Assembly (NCBI RefSeq): GCF_964204645.1
Contig: NC_134035.1
Coordinates: 8,774,451-8,838,450, forward strand
DNA from: Tubulanus polymorphus
Taxonomy: Eukaryota > Animalia > Nemertea
DNA: 64,000 nucleotides
Reading direction: 5' to 3'
The position numbers were made by a program, and so were the translations under genes. Of the stretch, positions 34,785 through 47,900 are shown piece after piece; the stretch's first letter is position 1; every line of letters starts with the position of its first letter. The notes below the pieces were generated by a model that had not been told where the DNA came from, ran no database searches, and was given only the letters and a program-made list of their open reading frames with translations.

Positions 34785-37700
34785 ATGGCGCTGACGGGAT
34801 GTATGTCGTTCATGAAATATTTGGTTTTAGTCTTCAATTTGATTGTTTGGGTAAGTATTATATATCTGAAATGAAATTTTGTTTTATCGGATTTCTCGTG
34901 TACATACCACATGGGCATCTGTATTTGATGTTGAATACCGGGGAATAAAATTCTAGCCTTCGGCTTCAGCTTCGTCTCAGTGTGCTGACACCACTGGCAC
35001 TGCCTGCCTCTGGGCTTTGATAGTCAGGGGCCAGTTGCACAGTCGAGGCTTATGTCCAAAAGAAGTCTTGGATCTAAAGACTGGTCTTAAGTTGTTAGAT
35101 GGGCTGGGTAAAAGTACAGATCTGCACCTCTTGTGATTGATGCAATCTACTGAATGACAGAATCCAGGCTAAAATCTTTCAAGTGAAAAGATATCTTAAA
35201 ACTTAACCAATGGCAATCGCTATGTACTGAATTGCTGATGACATTTTGAATCTGAAACAATGATATTTAATGTAATTGATTGAACAATTTACGCCGAGAG
35301 GTGCGGATCTGCACTTTTACCGATGGGCTGTTGTTAGATGGGCTATAGAACTCAGTTGGTCTTACGCTGGTCTTAAGTCTAAGTCATGACTATGCAATCG
35401 ACCCAAGAGTTTGAAAGTTTGTCTTAATATTGTGAGACTTGTGGTCAGTATGGTGACCAGTCAGACAATAGACAATATTGTTCTCTCCTTGCTGATATTG
35501 ACAATTACTTTTTCATCCATTGATTTTTGAGATCTTAATTTCAAGTCTGATTTTTAACTGTCAGAGATGTGTATAGCTGTCGAATTGATGGATTGGGTGC
35601 CATAGATTATCTGTCAGTTTAGATTTAATGGTTATTAGACAACATGTATACATAAACTAGATTATACGTGTCTATGGTTAGGCTAACGAAGCCTATCGTG
35701 TTTGAAAGTTTGAGATTACCAGTACTTAGATATCATAAAAATCAGTGTAACACATACCCCTATATCAGAAATGATTATGATATACGTATTGAGGACAAGC
35801 CATTTAATTGGGGTTAATTTTTCCTGCTGGTGAAACCATTATGTAGTGATTGTATGAAGGTTGTTGTTGCTGACTTGTGACAAGAATGTCGGCCAGCAGC
35901 CACACTGTGAACCCAGCAATGTAACATTGTGGATACATTGGCCATTGTTTATCTTTGATTGTGAAGAAACCAAAAAGATTAACCCCTTGAGCATAAACAC
36001 CTTAGACCCAAAGATGCTGTAGTCGTAAAAACCTATTCGTAATTTCTTCAAATTGTGATGAATGATGAATAAAGTAAGATTAATCGCACTTGTCGGAAAC
36101 CAGAAATGTAGAGATCCAGGTAATTCACCATCTTGGATGTGCAGGATCAAGGCTTGAATCCTATAAGTCAGAATATGAGCCAATTTTGATAAACCGTAGG
36201 CCTATCCTAATGTTTCAAAATCTAAAACATGCTTTCTAATACCTGGTAGTTTTCATTTCCTGGATTTATGACCTGATGCTAGATAGACATCAGCTTCCTG
36301 GTCGAGTAGTTGATATGATACTACAATCAGTCGCTTGATGAATTGTCATCAAGTGTTGTTTTCTAATCTTCGATTTCGAAAGTCCGACCTTTTAAGCGTT
36401 TTATCAGACCGATGACTTGGCATTTGTAGCTACATCGTCTTTTACTTTACATTTTCCTATTGAGTCAATTTCCTATTGTTTCTTATAGAATAATCAGGGA
36501 ATTCTGTAAAAAAAAAAAGCTAGATATCAGGGAAATGTCAGGGGAATTTTTGAGATAGGCCTAGTTCGATCATGTCTTTCGTATTTGACTGTGTTAATTG
36601 ATTGGAGCGGGTCGAGTTAGGGAAAACAACGTGCTTGTCCAGGAATAGGAAGAAGCGAGTGACCAAAATACATTTAAACCCCTTCAATTTGAGATTTGCG
36701 ATCCTCAGTCTATCAGAGAACTAATATGTAAATTGGCCAAATGTGTCTTAAAATCTTCACCCTGTCGATGTAACATATTTGTTGAATTAAAAGTTCCTAA
36801 TAACGTAGTAGTGTCTAATGGGTGCGAAACGTGCTAAATTCAATTTAGAAACGTCGCTCGCCGAGACAGTTCAACTGCGCGAAAATAAATGTCCTTTCAA
36901 CATCAACCAGGAAGATAACAAATCGTCATCAACTGTAAAAAGCACTCGGTGATTACTTAGTTATTGGTTCCCCCTGCGTAGTCGACCGATGATAGCTCGC
37001 TATCTCTCTTATTTTCTGCTTGGCTCTCGTTTACGATCCGGTCCGGTGAATATAAATGTATCTATATCGACGCCGTGGAATCGCTTAAAATTCCGGTCGC
37101 GCGCGCCGGTTTTTCGCCGCCGAGATGGAAATTCGCAGTCGGTGTTTGATGACCTGCCAGAGTTCTCCGGTGAACCCGCCGCGCTCGCAACAATCGATGA
37201 ATCCACTTACCGCGCCGGATTATACGCCGGAGATCGTCGCGGCGAGAAAAAAAAAACCCATCGTGAATCGACAAAAATGATCGCAGACCGTATGTCTCGG
37301 TTAGATACTGATTACGCGGCTCGATTTCTATAGAGTATCTTATCAGGGTACGAAAAATGCTCCATCAGGTTGGCCACTTACACCTGTCAATCAGAGAAAA
37401 GTCAGGGAAATATATTTCCTTCGAAAAAGCCAGGAAATAGTCAGGGGAATTTTCTTTTCTTTAAAAAGTCAGGGAAATATATTTCCTTCGAAAAAGCCAG
37501 GAAAAAAGGGAATTTTCATTTCATCTTTAAAAAGTCTGGGAATTTTCTTATCTTTGAAAAATCAGGGAAATAGTCAGGGAATTTCTTTTCTTTAATAAGG
37601 CAGGGAAATAGGGGAATTTTCTTTTCTTTAAAAAGTCAGTGAATTTTGTGAAAAAGCTAAAAATCTGGGAAATGTCATGGAAATATGTTGAGATCGCTAG

Positions 37701-40700
37701 ATCGCGCGTAAAATCAAACAGTTTCCGTCTGCGTCTTATGTATTTGACTGTGTTAATTGATTGCATTCTTCAAGTCAGAGAAAACAACATGCATGTCAGG
37801 GAATAGTCGGGGATAAGCTAGTCAAATAAAAGTGACTTACACCCTGTAGGCCTATCCTGCAGCGTCAAAGTTTGCTATCCCAGTTCGATTTTGATTTTTG
37901 GGTTTGGTGCGGCGATATTTCGGATATACAGACCACGAAACGAACGCGTCGTCTCCGGTCTCTCAACGGATGACTTGCCCAACGGATATACTTCTGTTAA
38001 CGTCGAACGGGGTTTCGAAATAATGAGTCTAAATAATAAATGCGACGGAGTTATAAAACGAAAGCAATAAAGAGACGCGAGGGATATTCACACCGCCATT
38101 CCGGGTTGATTAAGACAATAGCCGCGCGCATTCAGATACAATAGCGAGACTCTCCTACAGCGCAACGCCGGGTCACGCCGTACAACGATATCTTTGTTTC
38201 GCGCCGATACAAATCGTCTTTGTGAGCGACTATTGATTATCATCAATGCCGCTGCAGCTAGTGGTGACACAGAACCCGACACTCTTCGGGATGATGATTC
38301 AGCGTGTTACTGCTGCATGGTGCCATCGTCGCGCGCGAGCGTTATTACAATCACACTTACTACACAATCCAACCAGACAAGGACGAAACCTTGAAAAAAC
38401 ATACACAAACAGGGGGGGAGGCGATGAATAATACTAGCAATTTGTCATCACGCCCTCGAGATAACTCTGAAACTAACGCAGCAGCAACCCAGATTAGACT
38501 CGCCCGTGAAATAAGACAGTGTTATTGGTAATCTAAGATGAACAGTTGTAATCTCGTGAATTGTGATATATATCGATGTTGCGTTGCTCATAGAGTCGTA
38601 AATGGATGTAAGATTGCGCGACGGCGTTCGGTAACTCATTACTCACTCGCTCATCACTCCTAATCGAATTTCATACGTATTAAGACCAGAAAATGGTCGC
38701 GCGTTACGACCGCGCGTTGCTGAATTATTGACTGATATTTCATTTTCGTTGTAGATATGATAAACGGTGTTATTTGTAACGATTCTATCAATAAACGACA
38801 ATTTGCGGTATCCCGAGGGTACTAGGCGTAAAGTAGAACACTTTGAAAGTTAATCTTAGGTAGAGTGTCTAGATAATTCAAAATCCATAGCAGCAAAAAC
38901 AGTACAAATCTCATTTCTAATGAGTAACATATATTTATTATAGCGAACGTTTTCGGGAGTTACATTATCCCCTCTTCAGGCATAGCGCAAGTGATTAAAT
39001 TTACATATCATACTGGTATTTATATAGAATAAGACAAAGCTAATTACAAACAATTTCAAATTACTGAGTGACAAGATAATTACAATACAAAGATAACTAA
39101 TTACACACAATCTAAATTACTGAGTGAAGATATTTGACTAGTGGTTAATTATCTTCTGCCTAAAAACATTGAGAATGAATCCTGAACCGTGTTCGAATAG
39201 TTGTTGATTGGTACTAGATTTTTTGTTGGTATAAAGTTAAACTGGCTTAATCCGGATTTCAGTCTAATCTGGACAATATATGCAGACCAGGGCCCAGTTT
39301 CACGAACTAGTTTAAGCCTAGAACGGTTAAGTTTGAATTGTTGTCCTCATTGATAACATGACGTAACCAATTGCAATCACACCAAAAATTTGAGTTAAAC
39401 CTTTTTGTGAAACTGGGCCCAGTTGATCATCAATATATACAAGAAAATGAATTTTAATCCGGATTTCCCGTAAACGGGATGAATTTTGTTGGTCGCATAT
39501 GATCCGAAATTAAGCGGGTTCTGCTGTATGATCTCACCATAAGAAGATGTTTAATTCGATTCTTTCCTATGTTTTCTCGATTGAAAACTGGGATACCAGT
39601 GGCGGATCCAAAGACCTGTTTTGTAGAACTTGTCACATTCCAAAAGGACACTTTGATGTTGAAAAAGGCATCATGTGTAATCCCGCACTGAGAGGCCAGT
39701 TTTGAAGGACTTGCGACATCCTGAAAGGGCACTGTGATGTCCCAACAGGCAACTGGTGTCCTCCTGCACTGCAATGCATCAATCATAATCTTAGTTGACA
39801 AAATGAATAGATCATTCAAAATATTTGATGGACTTGCACAAGTCTCACAAGTCAAAGGGATACCAAACTTTGAATGGCGGGATACTGATAATATTGAGGA
39901 TCTTGAATCGGGAGATCGTACTCGCTGAATCGAGTTGTTAATGGACGACGAATTACGCAAATATTTCGTGAAACGGTTTTCAAATCGTGTCTCTTTCCGG
40001 CGAGATGGAGAAGCAGATATCTTCCTCTTCTTTTTTTTTAATCGAAAAACTATCGGAAAACCGTTGAATAGCGAAACCAAATCGCTCGAAATATCGTCTC
40101 ATCAATACAAACGAGGTTTATCGTTCGTAGATTGCGCAATACGTTATGATTGCCATTGGGTTCGTACCGTATAATGAACAGGTATTGATTTTCGATTAAG
40201 ACGCCTGTCGTCGTCGCGTACAGACGGATGATATCTCGATGTTAATTCGATGAGACGAGGTTTTAGTGTTTATAATTCCACCACAAATCTGTGTACACAT
40301 CTGGTCCTTCTTACTTTCCGCGACGCCATCTGGGGAATAGACCAGACAGGCTTCCAATCTTCTGCCTAAACGAACTGACAGGGTCCCTATTGTGGCTCCT
40401 TGATTCCTTTAAAACTCCTTCTGAATGGAAAATGCTTTTAGAGATGCTTGAAACTGCTTTAATTCAGGCGAAATGCCAAAAACTCCTTCAATTTTTTGAT
40501 AGATAGGCAATTAGAAATGTTTATGGTTGTACAGTAAACTTCGACTAAATCGATACAGTTGGAACCAACTAGTCAGTTACTGAATAAGAAACCTAGTCTA
40601 GATATATGACTTTTAGAGCAAAAAACTTTTACAAATCCGTGTTCTATATATATTTTTTCCAAGGATGTTATGCGAGAATAAAATATCTGTCAGTTACCCT

Positions 40701-41902
40701 TTAACCCTTTCAGTGTGCCTACACTGCAGTGCGGTGTATAAATCAGTGATAGATTTTGCTAGTACACCGCAGAGCGGTGTATTGATGTAATTAGTAATTT
40801 GTAATTAGGCCTATCTCTCTTGAAAAATGACAGCACCTGTTAAACATAGTGAAATACTAGAAACTAACGATACACCGCACTAAAGTGGTATTCCCGTTAT
40901 TCAACACACTAGGTTGGAATTTTTAAAAACTTTCAAATTATCTCCAGCACTATAGGAACAATATATTAATTAGTCAGCACTGAAAGGGTTAAGGATAGAA
41001 ATTTGCTTACAAAACCACTGAATTACGGTTTACCTAGATAAACATTATCGATTTAGTTTGAGTCTACGGTAATTGGGATATGAAAGCGATGCAGACATTC
41101 TCTAGAAATTTGAAATTTTCTCCTTCAAAACTTAAAATCCAGGAATATCTGATCTGTAGGGTTCCTGCCACAAATCTGTGTATCTAGTACATCTTACCTT
41201 CACTATCCGGGGAATAGGCAGACAGGCTTTCAATCTATCGCTCGCTCGAACAACCGTACTGAACATATTACTTGTCAACATTGATTAATAGCAGTCGTAA
41301 TTGACTATGACAATTATGCTACATCTGTTCTATAAATTAGTCGTTACAAAATTTCTCATTTTGCAATAATGACAGCCGAGGCTAATGTTTATTATAGGCT
41401 GGCGCGGTTATAATACCTGCGAATTTGTTGATCGCGATTGAGGGTAGAGAGAGAGTGCCACCGAACTACAACGGGCTGATGAATTAACCCCCTTAATTCC
41501 ACAGTGTCCAAATAGTCGAATTAGTTCATTCTCAATGTTTTAACCCTGAGGCCAGTTCCATAGTCATGGCTTAGACTAGTCTAAGACCATTTTAGTTCTG
41601 TAGCTAATCTAACAGCTGAAGACCAGTCTTAAGATTTAAAATACCACTTTCGGACGTAGATCTCAAATATGAAGCCGCCCCCTGGGGTCAAAAGTTTCAC
41701 TTAACGGTGATAAGATACTTGGCCCCAGTTGATTTTGGGGCCGGTTCCATAGTCCAGACTTCAGACCGAAAATGGTCTTAAGTTGCGGCGATCATCACTT
41801 GAAACGATCCTCAACAGAAAAGAAACGATGAACGACTGAATTCGGTGAAACGATGTATAGTAACTGATTATTATTCAGGAAATACACACTAACCCCGTGA
41901 GC

Positions 41903-41938
<36 letters not shown>

Positions 41939-44900
41939 TATAAGAGTGGTTTACCACATAAGTCTTTAATCTGGGCGTACGTTAGATATGGCTATAGAAC
42001 TAAAATTGTCTTATATCGGTCTTAAGTCTAAGTCTTTGACTGGAACCTGCCCTTTGTGGTTAGTACATAGCTTTATACTGCTGTAATAGCTCAAATATAC
42101 ATCTATATAATTAATTGGTGATTTGTTATAGATATTCAATATCCAGACTGTATAGTGGCTATATTTATCACAGTTACGGCGCTAGACCTGTCACCTCTCT
42201 CCCCTCCCCTGCCTCCCCTCCCCCCTGCCTTCCCTCTACCTGTATATCCAGAGCGCGGTGATCGAACTGTTTTTCATTCTATGATTTATTTTTCACGAAA
42301 CGAAGAGACGGTAGATTAGGACGCGTCGTTGATCGTTGACGGCGGCGCCCGACCGACCGACTGGCTGCGCGATGATTGATTCTTAAACGATGACGACGAG
42401 AATTCGTGTTTCGTTTCCAGAGAAAATCGAATTTCGAAACGAATCTATTCTAAATCCTTACACAGTTTATCGAATACGAGCGAATTCTCGGATGAAAAAT
42501 CATAAACCGAATGCAGAATTGAAACCTGATGCCTGCATCGTGCCTGACCTACTTATATCTGTTTTGCACTTTTTGCCTTTTGATGAATACAGTTTCATGC
42601 TACGGAGCTGAATGAAAAGGTACCCTCTTCCTATCCACATAGGCTAATGCTTATTATCAAAAATCAGTAAAATTGCTGTACATACCATACAGAAGGTCCG
42701 CTTCAGTCAAACTCCTGTTTATTTGTTTAGTCACAGTTACTTCTGTTTTTATTTTAAACTTTTTCATGAAACTACACGTAGGGTCAGTTAAAACCTTTCA
42801 GTGATGAATAATTATTAATACCCAAAAGTGCTGGAGATAAATTGAAAATGTTTAGAAATTCCACCCCCAGTGTGTTGAATATTGGGTGTATGGCTTTAGT
42901 ATTTTTACACCGCGGCATGGTTAGTTACTAATATGTTTGGCAGGTGCTGCCATCTTTTAATATAGATTAACAACTAAACATCAATACACCGCACTGTGGT
43001 GTAGATGCTCATTATGTTTGACAGGTGCTGCCATCTATTAATCTGTAGACGTACTGAAAGGGTTATTAAGTCTATTGAAACTGTTTGCCGTTGACAATCG
43101 TAGCAGTTTCCAGTGACAGATTTGAGGTTGATTCAGAATGAGAATACACTGAACTGCGTAGACCACGAACAAACTGAAATCAGCGATTGATTTATTGATT
43201 ATGATCGCTCGATGAATTCAAGTTGGAATTTCTTCCGAGTTGGTTTTTTTTTTTACTGGTAATTGATGAAGTTAGTGAGACGTGCACGCGGAGTATCGAA
43301 TCGATACAATCATGCTTATCCATTTGTGCCCACACAGAACAACATCATTCACGAGTTCAACGATATAACGTGTACTTGTTCGGATTCTGTTTTACCGCGT
43401 TGCTGGGTCTGGAGTTCAAATCATCAGAACTAATTTCAAGTTAATCCACAACTATATCCATTTTTGGCCTGTACCAAATATAGCCTGACCCAAAACATCA
43501 GACCAGGCCCGAGCCAAATGCCAAATATGGCCTGACCAAAAACGTTGCACCAGGCCGCCCGAGCCAAATTTTAGCAGGGACCAAATGATTGCGTTTGCAT
43601 TGCTACAGGTTCTGGAAATGGCTCACCTTGTTTGAGCATTTGAATGAGTGGTTTACATGTGAACGCGCTCTCTAATCAGGCACGGGCCACATTTGTCTCA
43701 GGGCACGGCCCGGGCCAAATCGTCTCCATGTGATTGCGGCTTCTGCGGGCATGGGTTATAGAAATGGTCTCTGAAATGAAATGAAATAATGGGAATTTCA
43801 AAGCCTCAAATACAACCAATAACTCTAGATACGGGTCCTGTGTTTACAAGATCCAGGTATATATGAATTTCCTCATTATTTCTATGCTCAGCTAAATAAT
43901 TGCATATGATTAGTGTCGCGTCGATTATGCATCGGTTCATATAGCCGAAGACATTCGTTATCCGCGTGTCATTAGCTGTTGTTTTAATTGGACGAGGTTT
44001 TTTTTCTTCTGCAGACTTCGTTAATGAGTGTATTATTTGTGTTGTCGATTTATACACCGAATGCTTGAACGCCGGATATCAGTGTTCTTCATATGCTGGA
44101 ATTCTAAAGGGGATGTATTCATTATTCAGTCTATGACATTTTGGTTGCTGAAGTAATAAGGCTATCGATCCGCCTAAAAAATACAGAAAATTCAACCTTT
44201 ATTTTCGTTTAATCTTGTGTTTTTCACATTTAGCTCAATGGATTTAAAAGCAGTTATCAGCATTGATCGAATATTGACATCCTCTCCGGTAGGGGCAGTA
44301 GGTATTCGAAAAGGAGTAGCTGATTTTCAGTGGGGTGGATGTAAAAAATGAAAGGGTTGGCCGCTCCGCTAAAACCTGTTGTGGAGAAAACTGACTGTGT
44401 ATATGTGCGCACGGACAGATGGGCATTCCATTTCATCTGTCTCTCGGCAGAATTGTTTTACCTCCAGCACATCTCCTTCCGCCCCTCTCTCTCTCTCCCC
44501 TCTCTCTCCTCTCTCTTCTCTCTCTGTCTCTCTCTCTATGTTTTTCCCTAGGAACATTGTCACCTGCGTTTTTCCCATATGTACCGGGTGAGTACAGCGA
44601 CGGCGGCGACTGCGTTCGATAGCTTCGCTCGACGAAATAATCATTAGAATTATTACCTCTATTCTCAGAATAACGAGACTATACCTCCTTTCATCGACCC
44701 GGCGGGTAAAAAAAACAATTTCAAAACGTTCGAAAGGTTCGTGTCGGATTTTTCTGCTAAAAATTTTTGAAACTTGGATTACGCTGAGTCTAGAGTCAAT
44801 TGCGGTGTTATGTTAATAAATCCATTAAAAGCTCATTCATCTCGGGACTTGACCTTTTCTTGATTCGTCACGTGGGAAAAAAGATCAAATCATCCGAAAT

Positions 44901-47900
44901 TTATCCATTTAAACGTTAAAAAATGGACGTAAACAGACTATAGTTATTGTAAAACTATAAGCTCATTTCTCATTCAGATATCGAGATTATATTATTATTC
45001 GGTATTATTCGGTTATTGTTTTTCACGTCGTATTGTTTTGTATCTCTTGGTAAAAGTGGTTCGAACTGGAGAAGCTAATGATGAATAATAGAGAAGGTGT
45101 TGGTGTTAATGGTCGCCACAGTGATGTTTACCGTTTACCCTCTCAATCAGAGCTTTGAAGTCGGTTCCAGTACCGGAGAATGCTTTTCTAGTGTTTACAG
45201 GTGATCAACCGGTATCGACACTATTCCCTCATAAACCCCACCCCCCTCCCCCCACTTCATCTACAGCAGTAATTTGAATCATTTTTAACCCCACCGACCG
45301 ACCGACCGTCCCCACTCCTAGTCCCCACTCAATTATTAGGTACCAGTAACAACAAGTCAACATCATTAAATCTACATTCATGTATACAGTAAATATTTAC
45401 CCCGTAGATATTTCAAAACTTGTAGTTTTATTGGTGCAGTCTGTGTGATCTTATCTACAATAAACATCCTACACGAACTAAAAAAAACGGTTTTAAACCT
45501 TTCTCGTTATAAGTTCGAAAGATGATCGACTTTTAAACCTTTGAAATGACGAATCAATGTTTGCTGTGGATATGAAACAATTCTGAACGGTTTCCTTGAA
45601 CTATAATCGGGAGTTCGATTCGACGTTTCGACGACTATATCCCGATAGTCGTCCTCGAGAATAACGACTGAAGATGACTATTAGGGTATAGTTGAAAACC
45701 CGGGGCCCGGTTTTATGGACTGGTATTAACTTTAACCCGGGGGCTAACTTATGATTCATTTTCAATTGAGTTAACCCCCGCGTTAAAGATAATACCAGTC
45801 TATAAAACTGGGTCCAGTAGTTTAGCTCGAGGAAACCTTTCAGACTTCAATCATATGTCATTGAACATTGCTTTGATTTCGATGACCGTCAGTTGGATGG
45901 CCGTCACAGGGTTGTATGAATCAGGAATCCAATCAGGCATTATTATGTCGGGTATGCAGGGTATCTACAGCCACTTCGACGTAATATTTCAGTGCTTCCA
46001 TTATACATCGATATAGATATTGTAGTTGGATTGAGCGGCCTGACCGTAAAAGGGTTAATAGAATCAAAATCTAATTTAGTCAAACATCGTTGCCGCATTT
46101 CCGTAAACATGGTAATCCCATTTCACGATTCCGCGTTTCACGAGTCATATTTAAAATTGACCGTCATCTCGTTCAACTTTTTCATCAGTCTCCGCTGCGA
46201 ATGACCGTTCGTCGATCGCGAATCTCGTGAAATAATTAAAACGATCCCCGACGCGGAAGCCAATAAAACGCCGCGCGGAACGTTTTTCGGCGTTTTCGGC
46301 GATAAACTTTCGTCGACAGTTTCGAGCGTATTACGCTTAGTCGACGACGTTTCGTAATGAAAGTCATTTATAAGGTTTTACGCCGGAATTATGACTCTTC
46401 CTGTCACTTCGCGACAAATTACATCATCGCCTCATTTCGGTAACGACAAGACGAGACGAGTATTAGATTGAGATTGCATTCTCTAAGAGCTAAGTCTTTC
46501 ACTGCCTAGAGAGAGAGAGAGAGTGATATAGACTATAGTGCTGCAGGGCTCTGAAAATCACCGTCCTAACAGAATTACGCCTGCTATGAATATTTCAGAT
46601 GAATATCCAAACCCACAGTACAGCGACTGTTAGTCGAACCCACAGTGCAGCGACTGTTAGTCGAACCCACAGTTCAGCGACTGTTAGTCGAACCCACAGT
46701 GCGGCGACTGTTAGTCGAACCCACAGTGCAGCGACTGTTAGTCGAACCCACAGTGCGGCGACTGTTAGTCGAACCCACAGTGCAGCGACTGTTTGTCGAA
46801 CCCACAGTACAGCGACTGTTAGTCGAACCCACAGTGCAGCGAGTGTTAGTCGAACCCACAGTGCGGCGACTGTTAGTCGAACCCACAGTGCGGCGACTGT
46901 TAGTCGAACCCACAGTGCAGCGACTGTTTGTCGAACCCACAGTACAGCGACTGTTAGTCGAACCCACAGTGCAGCGAGTGTTAGTCGAACCCACAGTGCG
47001 GCGACTGTTAGTCGAACCCACAGTGCGGCGACTGTTAGTCGAACCCACAGTACAGCGAGTGTTAGTCGAACCCACTGTGCCGTGACTGTTAGTCGAACCC
47101 ACAGTGCGGCAACTGTTGGTCGAACCCACAGTGCGGCGACTGTTAGTCATACCCACAGTGCGGCGAGTGTTAGTCATACCCACAGTACAGCGAGTGTTAG
47201 TGGAACCCACAGTGCCGTGACTGTTAGTGGAACCCACTGTGCCGTGACTGTTAGTCGAACCCACAGTGCGGCAACTGTTAGTCGTACCCACAGTGCGGCG
47301 AGTGTTAGTCGTACCCACAGTACAGCGAGTGTTAGTCGAACCCACAGTGCGGCGACTGTTAGTCGAACCCACAGTGCGGCAACTGTTAGTCGAACCCATT
47401 GTGCCGTGACTGTTAGTCGAATCCACAGTGCGGCGACTGTTAGTCGTACCCACAGTGCAGTGACTGTTAGTCGAACCCACAGTGCGGCGACTGTTAGTCG
47501 AACCCACAGTACAGCGAGTGTTAGTCGAACCCACAGTACAGCGACTGTTAGTCGAACCCACAGTGCGGCAACTGTTAGTCGAACCCATTGTGCCGTGACT
47601 GGTAGTCGAACCCACAGTGCAGCGACTGTTAGTCGAACCCACAGTACAGCGAGTGTTAGTCGAACCCACAGTGCGGCGACTGTTAGTCGAACCCACAGTA
47701 CAGCGAGTGTTAGTCGAACCCACAGTACAGCGACTGTTAGTCGAACCCACAGTGCGGCAACTGTTAGTCGAACCCATTGTGCCGTGACTGTTAGTCGAAC
47801 CCACAGTGCGGCGACTGTTAGTCGAACCCACAGTACAGCGAGTGTTAGTCGAACCCACAGTGCGGCAATTGTTAGTGGAACCCACAGTGCGGCGACTGTT

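Noticed and set aside
35839-36183. 114-aa ORF as a LINE or gene fragment
   Set aside because: No recognisable motif in the frames I examined.
39454-40080. 208-aa ORF as a nested gene
   Set aside because: Non-ATG start and no recognisable domain; it spans a decayed element and a CpG-rich block.
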